Both the position numbers and the translations under genes were made by a program. Shown piece by piece: positions 50,940 through 62,517 of a stretch of 64,000 nucleotides of DNA. The stretch covers positions 1,860,001 to 1,924,000 of the forward strand of contig OZ024761.1 of NCBI GenBank assembly GCA_964016885.1, given 5' to 3'. The notes beneath the pieces are model-generated. The model saw nothing but the letters and a program-made list of their open reading frames with translations. It did no database searches and was not told the DNA's origin. The DNA comes from Eledone cirrhosa. Its lineage: Eukaryota. Each line of letters opens with the position of its first letter. Within the stretch, counting starts at the first letter, position 1.

Positions 50940-52020
50940 TTTAAAGAGCAATGGTCAAGTCCAGTCCATAAGTTATTATCAAGCCATCGTTTTGGCTGTC
51001 AGCCCCTGCTTCTCTTACCAGCCAACTTTCCTTCCAGGCATAACCTACTCACACCACGAGTTGATCTGTTTATATGGCTGTATAGTTTGAGTACTCTTGA
51101 CTTGACAATTGATGTAATTGGTCCAAGTTTGGTAATGTTGAGCAGCTCACTGATACAGATACGGTCACTGGGCCACTTGCCAGTCATAAGTCTCATGATG
51201 AGGTTCTGGAATGTAGAGAGCTTCTGAAGTGATCATGTTGTCCAGTTAACACAGTCAAGACCATATAACACAACTGGTAGGATGTAAGTATTGAAGATCT
51301 TAGCCTTCAAATGATAGGAAACTCGTTTTGGTGTTAGTACTTCCTTGTTCTTGTTGAAAGCTGCCCAACCTAGAGTGATGCGATACTGCACAGCGACCAT
51401 TCTGTTGTTGTTTGATGATAGTTTGTGACCGAGATATACAAACTCCGTAACTTGAGCAATTTGCTGGTTGGAAATTGTGAGTTGGAGATGTTGATGTGTA
51501 AGCCAGCCTCCAGAAAAAATGTTTGGCCAGTACATTGAGAAAGTATTGCAGATCAGTTCTAGAGTAACTCATGATGGCCAGATCGTCTGCATAGTTAAGA
51601 TTTGATAGGATTTTACCTCCTATTTGATAGCCAGAGGAACATTCTTTTTCAGTTTGGTAAATAAGTGCAGCTATAACTATACAGAAAAGAAGTGCTGATA
51701 GTACATCTCCCTGCTTAACTCCCTTCAAGATGTCTATATAGCGTGGAGTTCCCATGTCTGCTTTGATATATGCTGTTGAGTTGGTGTAAGTTTCTTTTTC
51801 TGTAGGTTGACGTATTTTTTGTTAATTGAGGCCTTGTTTAAGAGTTGCCACAAGCTGGGTAGTTTCATGTTGTCAAAAGCTTTTGTAAAGTCAATAAAGG
51901 TGATATGCACAGGGTTGTTGAATTCTATTAATTTCTCAAATTGTTCAATAGCTAGGACCTGCTCAATGGTGCCTCTTCCAGGTTGATACGCAGTTTGTGT
52001 TTCAGGAAATGAAGCAAGTA
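50940..52020 (-). mobile_element. degraded LINE RT fragment (RTE-like)
   Basis: FIDFTKAFD, GVKQGDVLS, YADD, FVYLG, LYG motifs. Confidence 0.85.
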
Positions 52021-52341
52021 CTATTCTATTAACTTACCAAAATAAAGAAACTGAAGTACTGAATTGATTTAATCAACTTTGCCCTTCCCCCAAATTTGCT
52101 GGTCTTGTGAATAAATTAGAAATCGATATTATCCATTAACATTAAATTGGAAAGGATGAAAAAGTTTCTTTTTACGTCTTAATTTTTTTTTTTAATTGAA
52201 CAATTATTACTTCAATTCATCGATGTCAGTAGTTGATCATACAAAATAGATATGGGAACGCAAATTTTGGAGTAAAAACCATTGATAATTACATAAATAT
52301 GAACAAGATATTAGATACAAACAATACAAAATACTTTAACC

Positions 52342-52591
52342 CAGTGGTCCTCAAACTTTTTCAGCTCACGATCCACTTTGATCTTAGAATTTTTCTGTGA
52401 CCCATGAAATGATTATAGTGTAAACAAATTACTTCCATTTTACATAAAATATATGCAATGAAGATACAACTATGTCTATTTATTGTACACAATTTCACAT
52501 CTCCAGCGACCATTTATTATCGATATTTATTTTTACAATTTTTCCCAGTAAAAATTATAAAATTTCTACGGCCATAGGTTGGGAAACACTG
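52342..52591. mobile_element. hAT-type MITE
   Basis: TIR CAGTGGTCCTCAA / TTGGGAAACACTG; perfect 8-bp TSD CTTTAACC. Confidence 0.85.
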
Positions 52592-52619
52592 CTTTAACCA
52601 ACGGATAATTTTAGGATTT

Positions 52620-53130
52620 TAATTATTTAATTCTTAATTTCAACTAATCGTCGAAAGTCCCATAATGCGTCAACATTAAACTGTAGTTATGCCATGAAAT
52701 ATGGTCCTCATTGACTGTACTTATAAAAGTAAGAGTCCCGCCACGCCTAGAGTGTCTTTGATATCATAGGTCTGCTTTATCAGGACTGTGGCTAAATCAA
52801 CAAACAACACCCAGAAAAGGGTGTAATTTTAAAGCGATATATTTAACGTGGTATTTCCTATAAACTTACATGTTCAATCTGTAACACGGAATTATAATAT
52901 AAATTAATGGAAGTTTAACAAATTCGGCCTTACCAGTAAACAAAATAATTCCGGCTCCAAAATTACAAACGTTGACACGTGAGAAAGAAGGAACTTCGTA
53001 AATAAATGAAATTTAAATAAGTCCCGCCGACAGAGAATTAGAGTTATCTACCCTTAGCAGTATTTTACTGCTGTTTTACGACCAGTAATGAATATGGGAC
53101 TTTATCTGAATCATTTTAATATTTACGTCG
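52620..53130. promoter_or_regulatory. candidate (bidirectional) promoter and non-coding first exon of AAAS
   Basis: Unique, relatively CpG-rich sequence between divergent genes. Minus-strand donor TG|gtaagg near 52934; TCCCATAATGC (ZNF143/Staf-like core) at 52658-52668; two GTCCCGCC motifs (~52735, ~53021); CACGTG ~52976. Confidence 0.45.
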
Positions 53131-53134
53131 TGCC

Positions 53135-54392
53135 ACCACCATGACTATAACAACCACTGCCGCCGCCATTACTATAACACCACCACCACCACCGCCGCCA
53201 TCACTATAACAGACACCGCCGCTGCCATCACTATAACACCCACCGCCGCTGCCATCACTATAACACCCACCACCACCCCTGCCACCACTATAACAGCCAC
53301 CGCCCTTGCCATCACTATAATACCCACCACCGCTGCCATCACTATAACACCCACCACCATCACTCCCATCACTATAACGCCCACCGCCGCTGCCGTCACT
53401 ATAACACCCACCACCGCCGCTCCCCTCACTATAACACCCACCACCACCGCTGCCATCACTATAACACCCACCATCACCGCTCCCATCACTGTAACACCCA
53501 CCACCGCTGCCATCACTATAACACCCACCACCGCTGCCATCACTATAACACCAACCACCGCTGCCATCACTATAACACCCACCACCACCACTCCCATCAC
53601 TATAACGCCCACCGCCGCTGCCGTCGCTATAACACCCACCACCGCCGCTCCCCTCACTATAACACCCACCACCGCCGCTCCCCTCACTATAACACCCACC
53701 ACCACCGCTGCCATCACTATAACACCCACCACCACCGCTGCCATCACTATAACACCCACCATCACCGCTCCCATCACTATAACACCCACCACCACCGCTG
53801 CCATCACTATAACACCCACCACCACCGCTGCCATCACTATAACACCCACCACCACCACTCCCATCACTATAACGCCCACCGCCGCTGCCGTCGCTATAAC
53901 ACCCACCACCGCCGCTCCCCTCACTATAACACCCACCACCACCACTCCCATCACTATAACGCCCACCGCCGCTGCCGTCGCTATAACACCCACCACCGCC
54001 GCTCCCCTCACTATAACACCCACCACCGCCGCTCCCCTCACTATAACACCCACCACCGCCGCTCCCCTCACTATAACACCCACCACCGCCGCTCCCCTCA
54101 CTATAACACCCACCACCACCGCTGCCATCACTATAACACCCACCATCACCGCTCCCATCACTATAACACCCACCACCGCTGCCATCACTATAACACCCAC
54201 CACCGCTGCCATCACGATAACAACCACTACCGCCGCCATTACTATAACACCACCACCACCACCACCGCCGCCGCCATCACTATAACACCCACCGCCGCTG
54301 CCGTCACTATAACACCCACCGCCGCTGCCTTCACTATAACAGCCATCGCCGCTGCCATCACTATAACACCCACCGCCGTTGCCATCACGATA
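53135..54392. repeat. 27-30-bp GC-rich minisatellite ACTATAACACCCACCACC(ACC)GCTGCCATC
   Basis: Directly visible, roughly 40 units. Confidence 0.95.
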
Positions 54393-54429
54393 AGTCCTCA
54401 GAACGAGGCTAGTCACGCACTCCATCAAG

Positions 54430-54542
54430 ATGTCAGAAAACAGTTCTGGATGTAATTCTTGGAGTCAAAAGCTTCCGATTGATATTGCACGAAGGGGTCC
54501 TGTCCCGCTTGCAAAGCAATGCTCGCACGTCAGATATTACTG
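54430..54542 (+). CDS. probable first coding exon of an unidentified gene divergent from AAAS: MSENSSGCNSWSQKLPIDIARRGPVPLAKQCSHVRYYW
   Basis: ATG in caagATG context, open frame in non-repetitive CpG-containing sequence, ends at TG|gtaaga donor; the downstream 9.4 kb is all TE, as expected for an intron. Family not recognised. Confidence 0.6.
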
Positions 54543-55229
54543 GTAAGATAAATATATTATGTCTATACAGCTGTAGACATGTATGTGTGTATATATATGT
54601 CTTTCTTTAATCGGTTATTGTTTAAGTTTATTTATAATTGTTTCTACGTTTGGCACAAGGCCAGAAATTACCCAGTGTATTACTGGTACTTTATTTTATC
54701 GACCCCGTAAGGATGAAAGGCAAAGTTAACCTCGGCGGGATTTGAACTCAGAATGGCAAGGGCCGTAACTCTATGCGTCAAAGCATGGCGTCCGACCCTC
54801 TACCGATACTGCCAATCCACCGCCCTTTATTTATAATGAACGGAGAAGTGAGTACTGGGTATATATATATATATATTTATATATATTAAAATACAAATAT
54901 TAATAAAATAGATGTTCTTTTTATCATTTACATTATTTTTTTCATAGAGTGCTTCCAATCTACTGTAAAACTCATTCTTTGATATACTCATTGAATATTG
55001 TTTAACTCTTTAATATATATTTATATATGAAGTAATTCCGTCGGAAAGGTCCAGGAATAAAGAGTGCTCTATGTAGGTCACATCACCCGGTCTGAGAATT
55101 GAACTCACAACCTTTCGATTGCAAGGCCAATGCTCTAACCACTAGGCCATGTGCCTCCATAGGAAACAACACATCACCCGGTCTGAGAATTGAACTCACA
55201 ACCTTTCTAACCACTAAGCCATGTGCCTC

Positions 55230-55304
55230 CATATATATATATATTATATATATATTTATATATATATATTATATATATATATATATAATATATATATATA
55301 TAAT

Positions 55305-55337
<33 letters not shown>

Positions 55338-55582
55338 TATATTATATATTATATATATATTATATTATATATTATATATATATTATATATATATTATATT
55401 ATATATATATTATATTATATATTATATATATATTATATTATATATTATATATATATTATATTATATATTATATATATATTATATTATATATTATATATAT
55501 ATTATATTATATATATATTATATTATATATATTATATATATATATATTATATATATATATATATTATATATATATATAATAT
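55230..55582. repeat. (TA/TTA)n tract
   Basis: Directly visible. Confidence 0.95.
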
Positions 55583-57373
55583 ATCTTTTCATTGTACGAC
55601 AACTACAGGAGAAGTACCTAGCTAAAAGTAAACCCCTATACTTAGCTTTCGTCGACTTGGAGAAAGCCTTCGACAGAGTCCCCCGTTCCATTATCTGGTG
55701 GTCTCTTAGAAAACTAGGTGTTGACGAATGGCTTGTGAGAGCTATACAAGCCATGTATAAAGAAACAGTCAGTAAGGTTAGAATTAACAACGAATATAGT
55801 GAAGAGTTTAGCGTAAAAGTTGGTGTCCATCAGGGCTCTGTTCTTAGCCCCCTACTATTTATTATTGCCCTTCAGGCTATAACAGAGGAGTTCAAGACCG
55901 GCTGCCCATGGGAACTCCTATACGCAGATGATCTAACGCTCATAGCTGAATCAATGGCTGAACTAGAGAAGAAATTCCAAACATGGAAGCACGGCCTAGA
56001 ATCAAAAGGCCTTAAAATTAACCTGGTTAAGACTAAAGTTCTAGTTTGTAGGAAAGAAAATAAGGCGGCGGTCCCATCTGGGAAATGGCCATGCTCAGTG
56101 TGTAGGAAAGGCGTAGGTAGAAACTCCATTTTATGTCCCAAATGCAAAGTATGGGTGCATAAAAGATGTAGTGGGATCACAGGTAAGCTAACTAAGAACA
56201 TAGATTTTACATGTGGCCGGTGCTCTGGTGCAATAAGTAGCAGCAAGTGCCCACAAAATACTAGCTCCTTCAACTGCGCAGAGGGTTCTATAGAAATAGT
56301 GGACAGCTTCCGTTACCTGGGTGACAAAATCAGCAGTGGGGGAGGGTGCTCTGAAAGTACAGTAGCTAGAGTCAGAACTGGATGGAAAAAGTTCAGAGAG
56401 CTTATACCACTATTAGCCGCTAGAGGGTTCTCCCTAAAAATGAAAGGCAGGTTATACGATGCCTGCATACGAACAGCAATGCTGCATGGCAGTGAGACCT
56501 GGGCATTGTGTGCAGAGGATATACGCAGACTAGAGAGGAACGAAGCTTGCATGCTCCGCTGGATGTGCAATAGTAATATACGTGAACGGCAAAGCATAAA
56601 CGAACTAAGGAAAAAATTAGAAATAAGAGGGATCAGATGTTGTTTACTCGAGAGAAGGTTACGTTGGTACGGTCACGTGATGCGCATGAAAGACGACAGC
56701 TGTATAACAAAGTGCAGGGCAATAAAGATAGACGGTAGCCACGGAGTAGGCAGACCCAGAAAAACCTGGGACGAGCTGATAAATTCCGACCTCACACGCT
56801 TACACCTCTCCAAGACAATGTCACTGGACCGAGACCTTTGGCGGTACTCAGTAATAGAGAAAACCCGCCTTACCTAAATACAAAGTAAAAACCTACTACA
56901 GTCAGTAGGCATCTCTATCAAAACACACCCCCGTCCCACCACCTCCACCCCATCCACACCGCCCCTTTCAATGTAAAGTTATGTTGGTCCCACAACATCC
57001 AGGCCGAAACAAATGAGATCGTGTAGGTGTCACGACAAAAAACACACAGTCCACGCTGTAAATGTGGCCGTGTAGGCAACACGGTAAAAACCTCCCAGCC
57101 CCACACTGTAAATGTGGTTGGTGTTAGGAAGGGCATCCAGCTGTAGAAAACCCGCCAGACAGTCCACGCTGTAATGTGGCCGTGTAGGCAACACGGTAAA
57201 AACCTCCCAGCCCCACACTGTAAATGTGGTTGGTGTTAGGAAGGGCATCCAACTGTAGAAAACCCACCAGACAGTCCTATGCGAGCAAGACAACCACTCT
57301 TGCCTCAAGTGGGAAAACCCCCGTCCAAACCCATGCAAGCGTGGAACACGGACGCTAAACTTGATGATGATGA
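55583..57373 (+). mobile_element. young 5'-truncated RTE family A with uninterrupted ~430-codon RT frame
   Basis: C-terminal part of ORF 55099-56877: FVDLEKAFD, QGSVLSP, YADD, C4HC3 finger, FRYLG; (GAT)n tail. Confidence 0.93.
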
Positions 57374-57405
57374 TTATATATATATTATATATGTATATTA
57401 TATAT

Positions 57406-60400
57406 CTAAGGCGGGTAAAATTCCCGAGATACATGGACGAGTTCTCTCCAGCGGTCTCTGTCCCTCATTATCGCTGCCATATCCTGCATCTCCAACAGAC
57501 CAGTGTCTGTCCTTAGGGCATCAACATATGTTAACCTTGGTCTTCCTCTTCTAGTGTGTCCATGTAGGGGCTCCCAAAGGAGCACTGAGTGCAATGTCAA
57601 CTCTGGATGTCGGTGAGCATGTCCAGCCAACCTCAGTCTCCTCTGTGTCACTTTTGAGCTGACTTTTGGGATGCTCCCATACAGCTCTGAGTTTTTCATC
57701 CTCAGTGTATACTGATTAATGTTCAGAGCCATCCTCAGCATTCTCGTGTAGCACCCATCCACCATCTGAGTGAGTCTCTTGGTCAGTGTCCAAGTCTCAG
57801 ACCCATACAGCAATGAAGAGGCGGATTTTCAGGTCTCTACCAAGGTCCGTCTTCCACACCGATCTCAAGCTGTGACACGCCGCCCAGGCCTTGCTCTTCC
57901 TCTCAACCACATCATCTTCCGTATTCCCAATCTTTGCTCCCAAATACAGGAAGTCCTCAACCAATTCCAGCGCCTTCCCGCCTACATTAGTGATCCCCTC
58001 TGGCTTCTCAACATTCTCTACCAGATATTTTGTTTTAGTCTCATTCATTCTCAGCCCCACACTCATCGACACAGTCTCAACCTTCCGCATCAAATCCTCT
58101 GCCTCCTTCACTGTATTTGTCACCAAAACTATGTCATCGGCAAATTCAGCATCCGATACCTTTTTCGCCCCAACTCTCCTGCTCTGAGCCAGTGCTACAG
58201 TAAAGCCAGAGTCCTGGTGTTTCTCCAGTGCAAGGCGCATACAATAGACCACTACGATGATAAAAAGGTAGGGAGCCAATGTATCTCCTTGGAGCACTCC
58301 AGCCAGTATCTCAAAGAACTCTGTCATCCCATCAGGTGTAATGACTTGGGCTTTGGTGTTGGTGTAGAGCAGTGATATCAGGTCCACTATCCTCTTGGGG
58401 ATTCCATAAGCCTGTAAGATCTTCATCAGGCAGTAACGGTCCACAGAATCAAAGGCCTTCCTAAAGTCAATGAAAACCATGACCGCAGGAAGGCACTTTG
58501 CTCTAGCTCCCTCTAATATCCTCCTCAGCATCAGGATGTGACTGGTGGTTGATCTACCCTCTCTGAAGCCGTTCTGGTTGTCCCTGAGCTTCTTCTCCAT
58601 CTCAGGCTGGATCCTGTTAAGAATCATCCTGTTGAGGGTCTTTGCCACAAGTGACGTCAGTGAGATCCCCCGGTAGTTGTTGGTGTTAGAGAGATCTCCC
58701 TTCTTTGGCACTGGGACGATGTTACTGATCCTCCACTGATTCGGGGCAACTCCCTTCTCCAGTGCCCCGTTACAGAACCCCAGGATGATATCATCAAAAT
58801 CACACCTCTTCATCACCTCTGATGCCACTCCATCTTCTCTATGAGCCTTGCCCTCCTTGATCTTCTTCTTGGCTCTCTGAAGCTCCTCTCTGGTGAAGGG
58901 CTCTGTCTCAACATCCAGTTCCTCAAACAGCCGCCTGATCTCCCCAGTGCTCTGGGCTGTGGAGGGTGGCTCTCCTAGTAGGGTCCTAAAATGGTCTAGC
59001 CATTTCCTCTTCCTATCCTCGGGCCCCGTTCCCGGGATCTGACTCGAACACCTTTTCTTCCTCCCTGTGATCTCGTTGATGATCATCCAGCTCTCCTTAC
59101 ATCCAGATCTGTCAACCGCTCTCTCCACACTTCTGATCTTCTCTATCAGTGCCTCCTCTCTGACCTCAGTGTAAGCGGTACAGAGCTCTTCCCTCATCAC
59201 CTCCACAGTCTCCATCCTCTCCTCCGTAGGATCAGCATAGAATTGGTCCCTGGCAGCTTTCAGGTGTTCTCTGGCTGCACACACTTTTGGGTTTGCAGAG
59301 CTGACGTGCTTCCCTTTGTTCTTTTTCCTCGGCACCAGGGTTTCACTTGCTTTCGCCACTGCATTGGTGAAGTGCCTGTACCTCCTCGTCACACTCTCCT
59401 CAGTCCATCCAATCTCTCTCTCCTCTGACTCTCCACACAGAGCACTAAACCTGTTTCTCACTTCCACTGTGAACCTCTCCTGTAGCTTATCATCTTCCTT
59501 GAAAGCTCCCCAGTCATAGATTGTTCTTCGGGGCTGAGCCTTGCTATTTCTTAAGTTCACGCGGATCTCACTCATAACAAGCCGGTGGTCACTACCCAGT
59601 GTACTGAAATAGCTGTATGGTTCCGTGTTCAGAACACTATTCTGCCACTTTTTCCTCACCAGAATGAAATCAATCTGGGACTTGGACAGGTGCATATCTG
59701 AGATGTAGGTCCACATCTTCCCCAGATTCTTCCTAAACCTTAGGTTGGTCGCCATCAAGTTCGCCTCCAGCAGGGTGTCTCTCAGTAGTCTTCCATTTCG
59801 GTTGGTGTTGTTATGGAAGTACCAGCAAGGATCTTCACTGCCCTCCTTACTCAGATGTGCATTGAAGTCCCCCAAAACAAGCAGGATATTGTGTGCCTGA
59901 GTGGTGTTGACAGCTCTACACACCTCCTCATGGAACTCCTCGGCATTCACATCACTGGCCCCCTCAGTTGGACTATAGGCTGAGATGACTGTCAGTCTTG
60001 GGTTTCCATTGAAGGTCACCCTCAACACTCGCGGGGAGATAGGCATTATTTCCTTCACCAACAGATTGGTTTTTGCACTGAACACAAAACCCACTCCTCC
60101 TACTGCAGCATTTGTTGTGTTCTTCACTGCCGATGTAGTGATGAGCTGGCTCTTCCTCCCGATCATCACACTCCTCACGGGCTCATCGTGTAGAATCCTG
60201 TGTTCTTGGATCGCAAGTATGTGTATACCACTCTCCTCGAACAGATGTCCCAACTCCTCTCTCTTCTCCAGCGTCCGAATAGTCCTCACATTCAAAGTGC
60301 CCATTTTGATGGTTCTTCTGCAGGACAAAACTGCATTCTTTATATTTGTCTCAGAGACAGCTGATCCATCATCCACTGGCCCTCTCTGTGGCTCTAAGCC

Positions 60401-60695
60401 AGCAGAGTCATATCGACCAGGCTGCTCCTTGACAGTGTAATTAGGGGCTCTAACCCTATTGCTGTTAGATCGACTCTCCATATTTCTTTTCAATGGCTGA
60501 CAATACCTTACCGGCGCCACTCGAATAAGGTAGTTATTTAACCCATAAATGGAGCCCTAACAGGTACTACCACCCCGGGCCAGGGCAGACCTGGGAGTCA
60601 TGACAACTAAGGGGTAACTCCACATTCCCCACATCTCCTGAACTCCCGAACTGGAGCCTTGCCACTGGATGTAGTTTAATGTCATACCCAGGACA
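57406..60695 (-). mobile_element. near full-length RTE-clade LINE (APE endonuclease + RT), one frameshift near 57800
   Basis: ORF 57797-60520: GTLNVRT, IQEHR, SAYSPT, LGDFNA, IDFIL, SDHR, NYRGISL, FIDFRKAFD, GVLQGD, FADD, FLYLG; continues as ORF 57406-57813; 5' UTR extends to ~60695. Confidence 0.95.
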
Positions 60696-60730
60696 TATAC
60701 ATACACATATACATACACATATACATACAC

Positions 60731-60817
<87 letters not shown>

Positions 60818-60859
60818 CATATATATACATATATACACATATACATATATATGCGCAAC

Positions 60860-62517
60860 ACACAAAAAAAAATTAATATCTAAAAATAAAAAAATGTTTG
60901 GTATGTGAAGGGTAAAGCAAAAAAAGAGGGGGGAAATAAATGACATAAGAAAAGGTTTAAATATAAGGGGAGATAAGGGAGAAAGAGAATACAAGAGTAC
61001 AGAACGTGGATTCAGCAGGTAAAAAAACCGTAGTGGAAGTAAAGAGCAGAGAAGGAGTTCAAGGTGGTTGAGTTATCATAGGAATGTCAATCCAGTTACA
61101 GATCAGATGTGATTTCAGATGAGGACAACATCTGAAGATCTCAGTCTTTGAGTTCAGGCAAGCAGAAGTGGCTTCCAAGTTTAGCAAAATCCTATATTTT
61201 TCTGTGGTACACAAAGAACAATTCTTTGTGCCCCTTTGGTACTCCCTCGAATGGTCTAAAATAGACCAATCGATAGAGTACGGGAGGTTTTTATCCTTGA
61301 ATTCCCACACCTTACTTGCGAGAGGGCCATTGCTGTTCGTTTATCGGAGTACTTAAAAGAAGCGACATGTGCATAAAACCTGGTTTTAAACCTGTCCTGG
61401 GTCATGCTAACATATCGCTCACCTCTGGCTGGCTGGTTGTTGAATAAAGGTGTCACTTTAGTCTTATAAACAACAGATTTGGTGTTACATTTGCCCTGTA
61501 ATGGGCATTCATCTGGCTTCCTGCAACTGCATCCTTGATTTGTTCTCGTATGATTTGAATTAGTGATCTTAGACTTCATTGATGGGCAACAAGAGTAACT
61601 GATCTTAACTACATTTCTATTAAATATCTTATGATATCTATGATTAGGAGGAAAATGTTTATCTAAGAGTTCAAGGAATTTCCTTCCTACATTAGTTTTG
61701 ACAGTTAGAGAGAAGGGGGGTGTAAACCAAATAATTTTCCTTTTCCTATTATTGTGGTTAGTTTTAGGGGGGGGAGTAGGTAAATAATAAATTTGTTCTG
61801 TAAAACCGCTGTTTTTAAGGGCTTTATTATAATAAGGGGCGGCTTTATTAAAAATGTCTATAGACGAAGATAAGGTAGAAATCCTACGGCTAATGTTGGG
61901 AATAAGATTTTTAAAAACTATAGGAGGATGGCAAGACTCTTTGTGTATATATCTAAGATTTTCATTAGGTTTATGATAAGGTTTAAAAGAGGCAGTAGTA
62001 GATCAAGATTAATGTCAAGAAAGTTAGCATTGGTAAGGTTCGTATCTATAGTAATTTTAAGGTTAAGATTAGCAAAAGTATTGATTAAATCTTTACGGAA
62101 TTTATCAAGGTTATGGCCGTTGGTGGTATTAAAAACTGCCAATCCGTCATCACGGTATAAACTGATATTATAGGAAGGAAATTTCTCTTTGAGGGTGTGG
62201 AGAAGGAATAATCTGACGAAGTCACCCACATCCGCACTGTCAGATGAACCCATTGTAACATCAAAAGAGTTTTCAGGATTTGATTTTTTAACCCAAATAT
62301 TTTCATTAGTAAAGAGTAAAGTTTTTCTAGCATGAAAAATAATGTCTTCTTCTAATTTAGAAATATTAATGATGGGTCTTACAAACACTAAGGCATTAGT
62401 TAATAAGGAAACAGTAATAGAGGGGTAAAAATCAACAATATCAAATTGGGTAAATCTACACTTATTTTTACCTTGTATATTATTAAACCAAGAAATAACA
62501 GAGGAAGTATTTAGCCA
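60860..62517 (-). mobile_element. Penelope-like element, 5'-truncated (RT + GIY-YIG), AT-rich family
   Basis: QFDIVDFYPSI, FDVTMGS, LYRDDG, FLD, WFTPPFS, CSCRK..CPLQG.C, CSLC..EK. Confidence 0.9.

Noticed and set aside
53172-54428. 418-aa Val/Ala/Gly-rich ORF
   Set aside because: Translation of a minisatellite whose units are multiples of 3; no independent coding evidence
55099-55582. N-terminal I/Y-rich part of the 592-aa ORF
   Set aside because: Antisense SINE fragments plus a (TA)n tract that happen to be in frame with the RTE RT
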